Made by a program: the position numbers and the translations under genes. Shown here piece by piece: positions 27,367 through 40,935 of a DNA stretch of 64,000 nucleotides; the stretch's first letter is position 1, and each line of letters opens with the position of its first letter. The stretch covers positions 12,994,327 through 13,058,326 of the forward strand of contig CM082582.2 of assembly GCA_040954595.2 (NCBI GenBank), in the 5' to 3' direction. The notes under the pieces were generated by a model. It was not told the DNA's origin. It saw only the letters and a program-made list of their open reading frames with translations, and searched no databases. The DNA comes from Balanoglossus misakiensis (taxonomy: Eukaryota; Animalia; Hemichordata).

Positions 27367-28263
27367 ATGAACGAAGAAAACCAAGAACCGCGGGATCTGA
27401 ATTTATTCAGCTGTCACGTGAATGGGAACGGAACACAAGCCAACAGATCCACCGAGGAACCTAGTAGTCCACCGGTATTCTGGGCACCCGGCGATTTCCC
27501 ACCACGGGACTGCCGGTCGCCGGAAGAATTTCAGTCCGATCAGCGCTGGGGTAACGGATACACCTCATACAGTAGTGGAGCCTCGTCTTCAGGTGAAAAT
27601 TCGCCACTCAGCCCGACAAGGCATCGCAAACCGTCCGGGAGTTCACTAAAAGATCCTTCCAAAACTCCACCGGGGACACCTACTCGGCGTAAGTCGGTCA
27701 AATTCGCAGACGCGCTGGGTCTGGACCTTGAATTTGTGCGTCATATATTGACCGATTCTGTGCCGAATGTTCCAGACTATGCGTACAGTTCACTAGTGAA
27801 TCAGGACAGGACAGGCGATCATAAATATCTAACTGCTTGTTTCTCTCAGCCAAGTGCTCATGCAGATTTTATAGAGAGAGTTAAAAATCAGAAAGTGTGC
27901 TTGGAAAATGCGGTGGTGTCTGGCTTGACCATCCTTGGGACTGTCAAAGTGGCCAACATCGGATATCACAAGACAGTTAAGATACGCTTCACTACAAACG
28001 AATGGCAGACAAGCTATGATGTCCCTGCAAGCTACGTCCAAGGCTCTTGCGATGGACCGACCGACAGATACTCCTTCGGGTTGACGACACCCAGGGACTT
28101 TCATGTCGGAGCACGTCTACACTTTGCCATATCATACGAAGTCAACGGAGAAGGGTTCTGGGATAACAACTACGGTCAAAACTACGTCTTTGAATGTTAC
28201 GCAAGCGCCAACGATTCGACCACTTTGACTGACAGTGATGCTCTGTGGATGCATTTTGTTTAA
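27367..28263 (+). CDS. PPP1R3-family glycogen-targeting subunit (CBM21), paralog 3
   Basis: KSVKFADALGLDL PP1-binding motif, GTVKVANIGYHKTVKIRF, FWDNNYGQNY, C-terminal WMHFV. Kozak-like CACCATG. Confidence 0.95.
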   Translation: MNEENQEPRDLNLFSCHVNGNGTQANRSTEEPSSPPVFWAPGDFPPRDCRSPEEFQSDQRWGNGYTSYSSGASSSGENSPLSPTRHRKPSGSSLKDPSKTPPGTPTRRKSVKFADALGLDLEFVRHILTDSVPNVPDYAYSSLVNQDRTGDHKYLTACFSQPSAHADFIERVKNQKVCLENAVVSGLTILGTVKVANIGYHKTVKIRFTTNEWQTSYDVPASYVQGSCDGPTDRYSFGLTTPRDFHVGARLHFAISYEVNGEGFWDNNYGQNYVFECYASANDSTTLTDSDALWMHFV

Positions 28264-31200
28264 AAACATTAGGTAAATTATTATATTTACATTTTCCATT
28301 TATCCCACACCACTCCTGCACATTACTCTACCACAAAAGCATATAGAGTTAGACTTCTTACTGAGACAGACAGTGTGATATAAGCGTCACTTTTGAATAT
28401 TTTCGTTATTTTTATTCTTTGCAATAACTGCAATTTCTGAAACTGCAGTGGATACAAAGAGTGAAACTAACTGAAGTATTATGGAAATTTATATCTACTG
28501 TTTACGTTTTTGGTATCTCAGCAAATATGCAAGAAGACCAGCCTGAGCTATGTCACGAAAATATATGTATTACAATACACACGAACCCACCAGGACCATC
28601 TAGGCCAATGCAAACAGTCTAGCTGGGGTAATGCTATAAAACAGAGGAGAGAAACCACAGAACAAAAGCAACAAGGCCATGTACATGCTGACATCCTTGA
28701 GCATAATTATTGTGTGCCCATGCGATACCTATTTTTGGAGACAGCTCACGGTCACCCGCTTTTTAAGTGTGAGTGATAGATGCACAAGCCACTTATCAAC
28801 GAATTTATAGTGAGATGGGGGGGGAGAACAACCTGTCTTTTGGCAATCATATTTAAGGTCCCACCATTTTCAAAAACTTTCCATGTGACAAAAATACCAC
28901 GAATACATTGGAACAGGAAGAGCATTCTGTTCCATGTTTCCAATGGATGACGCCGTGGTCTAGAGCAACCTGTGTCATATGATGTCCTGTGAGCCATTCG
29001 TATGCATAAGTGTCAACTCAGAATGGTCCTTTTTCAAAGCAGCAACAGATTTAGTTGCTGGCATGTGCACCAACAGGTACACATGTACCCATGTATTATA
29101 TCGGTTAATATATGCAACTGTGACGCAGTCTTGGCACCTAGTCTCACGACTCGTAAAAACGTGGGCTATAACATATGTAACAGGGTTAAGTGCTATTGCG
29201 TGAAAAATAGGCTGTCTCTTCCCTAATCTTTCACCCAAACAGCAAAGACCTTCCCCAAATCCATGCATGAAAAATAATGACCCTTGCCCCGCCCTCAAAA
29301 GTATAAGAGAATCAGCCTTGCTTCCACCCCATGGCTCTTAACACCATGAAGGAGCGAGTGCTGTGATACAGACAATCTTTGCAATGTTGCTGCATGTCTG
29401 GCATAATATTACAGAGGCATTCTCATGGAAAACATCAGAACTACATACATGCCGATCTCCTAAACACTGTGAAGTATCTTGGCAGGTGTCCAAAATCATT
29501 AACCTCCTACACAAGTACCCTTGCAACACTGATTAACAGTTCAATATGTATTGAGTATAGACAGCCAGGTGAAAAACTTAGAACACGAAACAAAAAATGT
29601 CGAAGTATCTCGAGTATAGGGACTTTTTTTCCCTCGGGCGCGCACACCTCACATGCTTTTGATATCAAATGGTTTGTTGACACACATATCTGCGACTCCG
29701 GGATGATGGGTCGTACTTATACAGCGTCGCTAAGTAATGAGACGAGCGCAACGCTGAAGTTTCATTGGAATGTTGGTGCACATTGAGAAGAGCCGACCCC
29801 GTACCCGTTGCAGTGATGTGTACACGGATGAACTTTTATACCAGACCGTTGACTGGGGAGCGGGGACGAGGGGGGACTTCTTCAATATGAGAGCCATTAT
29901 ACGGCTTCACCCTAACAGTTAATGATGAGTTTGCAACGCGGTTCATACGCTTATTCGAACAGATAAGATTTGTTTAATGTGTTCACCCGTTTTTAGTTTC
30001 ATAAGGACATGTACAGTTTGAGCAGGGACTGTGGTTCGATTAATTAAGTAAACCGATCAATATTTGTCAGCAAACAACATTCTATCATATTGTTATTTGC
30101 TAAGATTTTTTGTGCGGCTGAACATCGTTTTGGTGATGCCTGTCACGCGTATCGTCTTCTCAACTGCGCCCTTTTCGAGGAGCCGCCAGAATTGAAATTG
30201 TTAACCATTGATCTGTTCTTTGTAAGGAACACTAATGCAAGGCTCTTTCAATAGAAGTTAGAGAAAGGCGAGATAAGAAAGGCCTCCAGTTCCATCTAAG
30301 ACTTGTAGTAGTCTAAGATTTTATGTCGTCGCCTTTACAGATGAATGTGCGAAAAGGTTAATGTGAATTGGGCATAGGTTGCACGGAATAGACGCTATAG
30401 GTCGGGCTTGCAAACAACCACTCCCTTTCGTTTCTAATACCACATAATCGGCCGAACTGACCTTGCCATTCGCGAGGAGTCACAAAATATCGCATATCTA
30501 TTTTGAGGTGAAAACCTGCTTCTCACAACAGGAAAGAATTACGCATCGATCTCGACGGACGCTGTGATTAAAAAAAGGATGGACAGATGCACGCTTTTTG
30601 TTCACAGGAGCTGCTTTGCGAATATTTGACGCCACTTAGAGTGCCAGCACTGGCCGTCTCAAAATACAGAAATGACGTATGTGCAGAGTATACGCAGCAA
30701 GCATTCAAACAAGGTTTGACAGCTGGCAAATAGTTGGTTGTCTGGAGTTACATTTTGCATCTCTGCTTCCCAGCCACTTGTTACAAAGCGCATCGCGCTG
30801 ATTGGCCCTGTGGTATGCGAGTGATGTCACGTGTCTGCAAGACGAGCAAAACGTCTGGTTCCCGGCCAATCGTCTGGCCCGGTTTCCAAGCGCGCAAAGA
30901 ATTTCTTAAGATGACATTTTTGATCTGCAGAAGTGTTAAGCACAAATCCCTGCAAACATTTCTAAACTCTCCGTTTCTTTGGTGCTTTGAAGGGGTCCCA
31001 TAATTTATCTGCCTGTGTGGGAATATGAGACAAACACTAGGGTTATGCTTGAAGGACTTCGAGCCTGGTCCTTTCATCTTCGTCGAAAGAAAGAACGTTT
31101 GATTCATTTTCCGACAAATTGCGCAACAAAAGTTTAAGATTTGTAGAGGGATTTTGGTAAATGTTTGCGATGAACGGTGTTCGCTGATCATATTGTAGTG

Positions 31201-34200
31201 CCCTGATAACTGACGTGAAACTTCCTATATGTACATATTTGCGTTTTGTATGATGGTATTCCATTGACAATTATCAAAGTGGCCGAATTAATCCCTACGC
31301 AATTTAACTTCGTGTGTCCTCAGTCATTATAATGCAATATAAATTATATGTGGTTGGCTCGTGACGTCATTAAGTTAACATAGATGCCCTGGAAACCAGG
31401 ATAAGATCAGATTGGGGTCAACGCTGCTTTGTTATCGCCGCACCTAATCTGGATAGAAAGAAAGCGAGACTAGGCAAGGACGATTGAAATAACATCGGTA
31501 TAGTAATAAAAGCACGGACGTTGGAAAATGGCGGATAGAGATTAGGCACGTAACTCATGGAAACACTGCTTTTGCAATTGACTGAAGCGACATGGCCCAG
31601 CGGTTATTTGCTTTCCAGTTTTCAATAAACTGTAACAGCGCTCCATCTTGTCACCCCAAGTCAGCTAATGATTACAAAGAAGCACATACCCACATATATT
31701 CAAATAAACACACATGGCCGTTAAATTTTGAGACATCGCTCATAAGCAGCACAACTAAAATGAGATTTATAGCCGTAATGTGCATTGTGTGTATCGCTAT
31801 GTTTATGATCGTTTCATGATTGCTTTAGAATTAATTGAAATGTATTAGCACCGACCACCCACCCGTCAGTTTTTCCGTTTGACCTTAATGTCCCCAGTTT
31901 GTGCGCCGTCTCGGCTAAATTTTCAATTTACCACGTTAGAATGATTTGGCATACTGATCAATGCACGCTGTTTCGCAACATTTTACCGAAACAAAGAACC
32001 TAAGTTGGCCTCCACCTGGTTATTAAAATACCATGAATACATTACACTGCACCGATCATGACAGTCGATTTTTTTAAAATAGTAATCGATTAAGTAACAT
32101 AAAAAGAAAATGTATTTTAATAAGAGTGTGAAAACGGAGACGAATCTAAACATTTGATTATGTGGCATGATTAGATGTCGTGCAGACTCCCGTCATATTG
32201 ATAATCAGGTGTGACTAAATGACGTCACCGTTTCCTGAACTGTCAATCTTTAAGTATCGCATTTTATCATGTGTTGTCGAGGCTGAGTTTTAAACGAGTA
32301 TTTTGAAAGCGACATAAGATCTGGAGCGTGAAATGGACCACAGACACAATTACAGCTCAGGGACAATAGAGAAAGGCTGTACAGATACCCAATGCCAGTA
32401 GCCTGTCTTTACGACGCGACGGACTATAAATAGCACGTTGTGGTCGGCCCGGCCGGCTCCGCACGCGTGTTGTGGTATAATGACCTAAATCGTTAGCGTA
32501 CTTTATCAAGACCAATTATCATGATTGAATGTCGTCTGTGGAGTGTTACTTCGTGACCTTTGACCTAGTAACATATTTTCTTGTCTGCTCTGATCAGCGC
32601 TTTATGAAACCAGTGGGATTTTAGTCAAATATTGATCTTGGAGAATTCAGAACATTTGGATTTTCAACGTTTTGTACACATCTATCCCACATGACAAACT
32701 TAAAGCTAGGCAGGCATAAGGTCACCGAAACAGCAGCTGAAATTCAGTCACGTACAGTTTCTTACAGAAATTCTTGTCTTCTTCGATTACATTTTTTTCG
32801 CGTGAATTCATTTCGTAGGCCTACCAAGTCCTTTTTAGACCATGGCAGAAGTAAAACGCGTGACCCGCAATTCATGTATTTTGCATCACATATAATATGC
32901 TCGGTTTTATGTTAGATTTGTCAAACTCTGATAATTGCACTACTTTGCATGCACGCATGACATAATCTGAGAGCGTTGTCCTGTGCGTGACCTTAGCATT
33001 CACACTCACATTCACGCGATCGCTTGTCATTCCGCAAGAACTGTCAGTAGTAATGATGATATCACAAGGTAATCGTATTCAATCATTTTTACGCTATTCA
33101 AAATTCACGGCGTCAGGATTCCACCCATACAAGAATCTACGTCGTTAGATTTCTAAAGCGGTTGCTATGGCGATAGCATCGGTCTGCACTGGCCTCTTTG
33201 AGGTGTTGCACTGAATTCAAAAACGTTCATGTCCTGACGCCGTTCAGATGCATGCGATAATTTCTGAAAATATGTTTTCAAATATGTATGTGATGGGTTC
33301 ATGTTGGTAACCTGTCTAAATTTGTACACGACCTTTTGAAATGGAAGAGGGATGTGGGAATAACCGCTTTGACCACGCCAGCCATATTTAAATTGCCGTC
33401 TGAACTGGGATGCACCCGACTCTTACTGTAAATTTTCTTGAAGGTCGCCATTATCTTTTAACTGTCTAGCACATGGACTTTACAGTGTATCGTGGGACAC
33501 GATCACGTTTTAAAGGCATGATGACGATGCCGAAGCCACATGGTCGAAGAAGGAATGTTTCCATCTCACTTATATGCTAGCAGGGGGGGGGGGGGGTTGG
33601 ATCTCATAATGCATTTGTGCTCGGTACTTCAAAACATATTTTATCATGTTCCACTCAGGTTATTCACAAGTATATGTCAATAAAATGTGAGGCTTCGCGT
33701 CAATCAAGCCGTACAGCTTTGATTTGACAATATTGCCTTCAACCACCAACGCTTGGTAACCAGAAGCGTTCTAACTCAAGTGGTTGTAAGGGTGAAGCAA
33801 CGGACCAACAAATTCATACTATTTTCTTTCTTCTCTCTCTACAGACACCAAAGTAACGAAGAAAGCCATACAACTCTGAACCACCCAGAAACTTCTTGAA
33901 AACTATATTTTTGTAGCGAGTGCCTGGAATAACAACGAAAAGGACACTATCTCTCAGATGCGTTTAGAAACGCTCCTCAAACCACGAAGATGACATCATA
34001 TAAAACTCGTGTCTGTTGGAAAAGAAAAACTTCTAAACCTCGCCAGAAGGAAGATTATGTATTTACAATATGAGGGACACCTTTCTCGCTGCCATGTTTG
34101 CAGTTACCATGGAAGCATACGGAACCTTTACCAGGCGAGATGAAGCACAGACAGTCCCTTTATGTCTGCGGATGAAATACAGTCGACAAACTACAGTGTG

Positions 34201-34872
34201 CTTGACTCTTGGAACCAAGACCCTTGGCTGCATACAGTGACTTGTCAAGTTATCGCATATTCTATGAAATAACTGTACAGTACATTGCTAATGTCGACAC
34301 TGTTGGCTGATTGAGAGGTGACAAATCCTATCTGGCAGAATGACCGTGCAGAAATATTTCGTCGCAAGGTCAACAGTTTCGAGGTCATCCAAGGATCATG
34401 ATTTGCAGTTTAACAAAAGATTATTTACGGAGAGTGCTTTGTCTTCGTAGCAACAAAACACTCTTTCAGTGTAAAATAGATTTTGCATGGAAGTGATTTG
34501 TGAAAAAGTGTGTAAACGGGTATACATTCAGGACAAATTCCACTGAGATGGCGACATCGTGGTAACATTAAGCATACGAATGGTCCAAATTCTTGTCTTT
34601 AAAATTAACGTCTAAGAACGATTGGTGCGAGTAGATAGATACTCATGATTTTTTTCTCTATTTGTAGGAAAGTTAAATCGTGTGAAATTTTACCCCGGTG
34701 CATTGTGTGTATATATATTTAAAACTTCCACATCCAAATATTGCACTATGGCGAGCGGAATTAACCTGGACTCGAACGATAATTTAAAAACAAAATGGCG
34801 GAGTCAAAAGAGCAATAACAGAGGCATGGCATGTTGCGTTTTTGTGACGTCATTTACAGTGTTTCTGATCAA

Positions 34873-34886
34873 GTTGCCATAGCAAC
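34873..34886. promoter_or_regulatory. RFX X-box-like palindrome
   Basis: GTTGCCATAGCAAC, ~20 bp from a CRE (34845) and near a YY1-like AAAATGGCGG (~34792). Confidence 0.4.
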
Positions 34887-37800
34887 TGATCACTTCTGCT
34901 TTCTGTGATTAGTGTGATCAGCTATTGCTAGCTGATGTAAAGCTTAGGCCTAAGCCGCACTCGGTTTACTGAGATTATATCAGACTTTATCTGTTTAATA
35001 CAGGATTGTTCATAAAAAAAGTGTCAAATTTTCAATTGTGTTCGTAGAGATGCAAAGCGTCATGATGTAATCATAGATTTTATATTTTACATTCTATCGA
35101 ATTTGGTCAACAGTAAGCTTACAGAAAGTTTTAACAAAAGATGGACGCATGTGTGTATGTAGTATATTTTCACCAAACAAGAAACTTTTAGTGTGTTTAC
35201 AGCCTAGAATTTCACGGGTTAGCTCATTAACGATAATCCCGACAAAACGGTCGAACTTGCAGGTCCGATATAAAACGTTATGATGTCCGTGTATCACAGG
35301 GCATTAACCTTCCAGTACGCGACTTGAACTTTGAACTTTGACTTGCCTCATAGAGGTTTCAACACAAACCATACAAAGTTTTATCACTGATCGGATTTTT
35401 AATTTCACTTCGTTTTTCGTTGGTGATATTGTGGTAACAACTTGCCAACTAGCTTGTATGATACAATATTTTCGTGTCAGATAGTTGTATGTACTACACA
35501 TATACCGGTTAGACATACACTGGTTTGTAAAATTGGTGTGCTATATTGACTGGTTTGTTATATAATGTCCTGATCGTTGTAGCATAATCAAAAACAGGCA
35601 ACAATACAAGTTGTTCGCAATAGAAAAGTAATAGGGTTCAAAATTTACAAGATTATAGGTAGAGTACATTAGTTGAGGGTGACAACGAAAGCATCTGTTG
35701 CGAATTTACAAAAGCGTGTTCCTTTTGTCCATGTGATATGTACTATTTTGACGTAAGCGTTTCTGATTGGTTGGTTTTGAGCAGCAACCATGACGACGAA
35801 GAAGCAGAGAGAAATGTTGTATTTGTCCCCTGAAATACCTGTACTATAGATGGCTTGGATGTGATCCAAACACGGACCCAGTTGATGCAAAGCAGTAAAA
35901 CTTACAGCCATAATTTTAACTGACGTGTTATATTCAGAAACAGTGACTGGTAAACGTATCAAACCATTGATGAAAAAATAAATGCCATTTGCATATAGTC
36001 GATGTCATGAAGTGGAGTTTTAAAATTTAAAATTTACCTGAAAAGAATTTGACGTCACTCGATGACGAAATCCTGTCTGTAGATTTGTTCAAGCATGTTC
36101 ATAATTTTTACGTGTAAAGATGTGTATATTAGACAAATGACCACTTTAACAAAACGCTTATTAAAAAATAAATATATAGTTTAAGATCGTTATAACCGTG
36201 TTGAATATTTCTCATCGGGTACCGAAAACTCGTTTTCTTCTAAATTGAAAATTCAATTATGTCGTCACAGTGACTAAGCGAGTCGAATATAGTCGTATGC
36301 AGGTAGGTATGTACTGTGTGGGTATGCCTCACCCTGCAGTATATTATCCATGTACTTCCATTCGCCATAATTTGTGCCAACAGCCTACAGTAAGGTGCTC
36401 CCTTCGAACGATTGCACTGCAAACATACCGCATTTCTTCTGGTAAATATTTTACACTCTCGTGGTGCGCCATTAAAAATGTAAAAACTTAATTCCAGGCT
36501 ATAGATAACATTTCCAACATAGCGACCTCAATTTTTAGAAACATTTTGAGCGGAAAAGTACGGACCTGGGTGTGTTGAGGGGCGAAAAGGTTGAATACTT
36601 GACCACCAACGGACGGTCGTACTTTAGTGGAGCATGTCCGCCCTCGAATGTCTCTTTGCTCAGTGGAAACACAATTAATTTGGCAATAAAAATTAATAGT
36701 TCAGCGAGCTCCGATCTTCAATCGATTATCAGAATAGCTCGTAACTACAGAACACTATGCACATTCCAATATATTTATTTCTAACTAAACTCGATGACCT
36801 TTTTTGTAAAAGAACGATTGTCCATAAACCTGAAAACTGAATGACGTAATAGTTTCCACCTCTCTTAATATCTTCACCCAGAGATATTTTACACATTGCT
36901 TTACATTGATTCAATGTTTAGGCAAGGCTAACCAGTACAGTTATTTTGTGCACACGACTCTCCTTACTTTCGCCGAGTGGTATTATAGTGATTATGAGGT
37001 CTATTGAACACAAACCAAAGAAGATTTGCTGCTGTCAGAGATCTTTACATTGAACGTAATTATTCACAATTATCATTCCATAGAACATGTCGTGATTTCT
37101 CGTGGACTAAAACGCACCTAGACAGAATGTCATATCGCCGTCGTCATGGTAACGTCGGTGGAAAATTGAAACCCAGATCATGTTCACACGTAAATATCTC
37201 AGGCTGGCCAGACACTGTATATTGAAAACCGGACTCCTATCGCAAGCACATTTTGATCCAAAATAATGTTCTGGAATAATGATAAATCTAACGTCAACGT
37301 TTAGACATATCGACCATAGCCAGCTAGTAATTGAGCTGTATCCAACCAAGTACGGACTCCAGGGAGGTAATCTTACACTAAATGGCAAAAATCCCCCATT
37401 CGTGGGCCTTTTCGGTTTAAATCAATGTGGACACCTCTTACAACCCCTCACTCGACAAAATGTGTACATGGAAACCTTTTGTCATTCTCGACGTATGCGT
37501 TATTTGTCGTGCCAAGCACTCTGAACTGGTCTTTGTATATAGGCCAAGTCAGTCGTGAAATGAATACCAATGACGATGTAATACGAGAAATTGCAGGGTC
37601 TGTAGTCCGAACGTTACTCTCTTCACCTTAAGCTGAACCCTTTCACATTGAATTGCTATTGGCCTTTTCCAACTTACTGCGTGATTGAGCCCTGGTGTCT
37701 CGATATGCAGAGTCCTACTTTATTTTCAGTTTTGTTTAAACTGCAACGATCACAGTATGCATAACGTGATGTAACGAGGTAACAAGGTATTATATGAACC

Positions 37801-40800
37801 ACAACACTTTTTTTTTCTAAAGGAAATTAAACCTGTACTCTTTGATAGTCAACAACTAACTAAATACTGACTGACAACCGCTAATGGATTAAACTTTTGA
37901 CGACAGATACTTCTGGTAGATTCATTCAGAGTTGATCGAAGGCAATTTTAGGAAGTTTTGCCACACGTGCTGAATTTGTATCGCTTAGAACTTGTGAAGT
38001 AATAATGTTTTAATTGGGCATATCAATGGTTTCTTGGTGAGATTAAACTATTCAACGACAGATTTAATATCCATGTCGCCTTCCCGTGATGCATTGGGAC
38101 CGGAGACACTGAAGCCTGTGATAAGCGACAGCACTACACAGCCAAGAATTGCACTCGATAAACATCGACCGCTGCAATAATCGCCTTCAAAATTGGCTTA
38201 CGTGCTAACAACCTGACTGTGTTGCCGTGTCCATGAAGAGCTCCGACAATCGCAGACAAATTGCGGTCATGTCGTTTGGAGCATCATGTCTTGTGGCAAA
38301 ATTCCCGATTGGACAGAACGGTTTAATTACAGTCTTCATCACCGATCGATTGGAATTGCTTCCTTGTCGTATGTGTAGTTAATCTCTGACATGTTACGCC
38401 GGCTGGGGTAACCCTGACAACGCACAGCTTGATGTTATGACCGAGAGGTGACTGTTAACAAGAATACAAGACGGGCGCTCGCTAATGAAGCTCATCTTCA
38501 TTGAAACCAAGTGTTATTCTTCATCGGTGTAGAATTAAAAAAAAGCACCTCGTTGATATATTTGTGAAATTCCCTAATGGTATGGGGAATGTACATTACA
38601 GTACACAGTGAAAACTTTCCACTTTCTCACAGATGCTGAATACTCTCAGGACAAAATATAGATAATGTGACTGAAACACACCAACTAACGGTAGGGTTGA
38701 GCTTGTTAGGGGGGGGGGATTGGTCAGGTATCTCTAAAGGTTTACTGGAAACTGTTTCCCCCTATCTATCCAGTCTGACCAATCACCGATTCATCTGAAC
38801 GCCTAATGGACACCGATATATCACCACGATTATTGCTATCATTATTTCGCTTCTTCAATTTCGATTTGGCGATATCTGCCTTTGCCATCGCTCTGACCTA
38901 TTAAGAACGGATTAGGAGAAAACCCATCCAGAGCGATGGCTTTGCCCTTTTTTGCCGTCTCGAGAAATCCCGCGCTATTTCATCAATCGAGGAAAGGGTT
39001 ACAGGTTAACACGTTTCTCTGTCAAATGCTGCCGGCGCAACTGCAAACACTCAGTGCCGACTGCATCAACATGAGGAACACTCAGACTAAGTAACGCTTG
39101 TTTGAAATCGTTTACCTGCGCACTCTTTGCTGCTTTTACACCTGGCTTGATCAAATCTTTCAGGCGCACCTGGCCATCAGTGGGACCGTGGCATTCGGTG
39201 CACACGCATCCGTTAAGGGGGTATGGAAGGATTCAAATTGCTAAGCGACGGTTGCTAAGGAATCCTTTGCATTAGAAAGACGTATAGTATGCGCCACCAG
39301 TCAGTGACGTCACAGACATGCATATACACTACTCTCTAATGTCATTAAAGGTGACCTTACCCTTGACTTTATGTATAGCTGACTGATACATGACCCTCTG
39401 GCATCTGCTGCTGGTCAACTTGAAGTTATTCCCATCCCGTCCTTGAATGACACAAATAGTTGGATCCCGCTGACAGAGAAAGTTTCCCGCGGCGACGCGA
39501 CATCCTTCGAGATCGAGACCGTGATGCATTCCTGTATGGTATAAAAGAAATCAACTTGACACGTGGACTTGAAGTGAAGTAATAAATGAAAAACAAAATC
39601 AAGAATGTGGAATCTGACAGCGTAGAGGGCGCTATTTACAGGCAGGTAGATTATATGGCTTTTTATTCATATAGTCTAATTCTAAGAGTTTGAACCATGA
39701 ACCCCTGTAACACCCAGTTTGAATTCTATCTAGGTTAAATATGGAACTAGGCCAGGGTTAAGGGTAATAGACTTGACTTTCTGAGGTCAAGGCCCGGCTT
39801 TGACCGGACAGCCAAAAATATATCACCAACCCCGCATCCACAGATTCACATGCATGGCAGGATGTTCAAGTTATAGAAGATATAGAAAGCCACTCGATAT
39901 AAAACACTTGTATGTGGTTATATCTAGTGTATCTGCCGTTCATCTACTGCAGTATTTTAGTTGGCGAAATGCACAGACAGTGACAGAAACAGACATTCAG
40001 CTTTGGTCATAAAAGTCGAACAGCTCAGTTCGTGTCTAGAATAACTTGACCGCTTGATTTTCATAAAACATTAACTTCTAACTAGGTTAAGAGGTCTGAG
40101 GTACGGCAGGGGACGCCCGATGTGGTGAGTAGGGCGTTTGATTTTGAACGCTTGTTTGTGATGGTTGCCAGGAAGCCTGTAATTGCAAAACACGACAGTG
40201 TAACCAGCGAACTATAACTATGGCGGATAAACAGACCAACAATCATTTGATCTAGTCTCACATTTACGTCACCCGTCTTTGAATCATTCCATCAACCACT
40301 CTTGACCGGTGACTGCCCTCTGTTAAACTGACCTTAATAGTCTAGGGGGATTTGTTTGAATTCAATCCACCGAGACAGAAATGCAATCATCATCATCATC
40401 ATCAAGACCGAGGCAGTCAAGTGAACATACATGGGTTTGGTAACTACATATTTTATTTGTAAAATAATATATGCAAAAATACTTCAACGTATAATGTTCT
40501 GTGAAAGCACAAAAACTATGTTTGTCACAACAAGAAGAAACTACCCACACATCTATAATGGGACTGCTTTGTTTGGGGGCATGTTTTGTGCGATAGTTTG
40601 GTGAAGATTATTGAAACGAAAGTACACAGGTGCTGTTGGATCAATATGCTAATGCAGTACACACTCTAAAACACACAAGTCTACACAGTAAATTTCTCTG
40701 GGTATGGAATATTTTTCAAACATAAATAAGCTATGAATACAGTTGCAATAATCGTGTTATATTTCTTTTATCTTCCCAGTTTTTCTTCTTTCTTTCCAAG

Positions 40801-40935
40801 AGACCTTGGATCTCCATCAATTTACACTGAGATACTTGAACAATCCCAACATGGTAGAACAGCCCTTTTCCAAGATGTAAACAGGTTTGGGTATATGTAT
40901 GTAAGGAACACATTATCCCAGGTGGTAGAGTTGTG

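Larger units (their letters stand above)
22351..39312. promoter_or_regulatory. Cluster of perfect CRE palindromes (TGACGTCA)
   Basis: Seen at 22351, 22992, 23623, 26030, 26727, 31362, 32220, 34845, 36050, 39305 (plus 16975 in the GH1 intron). Confidence 0.6.

Noticed and set aside
33583-33596. Poly-G run as a functional G-quadruplex
   Set aside because: Simple homopolymer with no supporting context, and its length is error-prone.
28500-40550. Many 60-136 aa ORFs
   Set aside because: No recognisable domains, atypical composition, and no consistent spliced gene model. Treated as non-coding.
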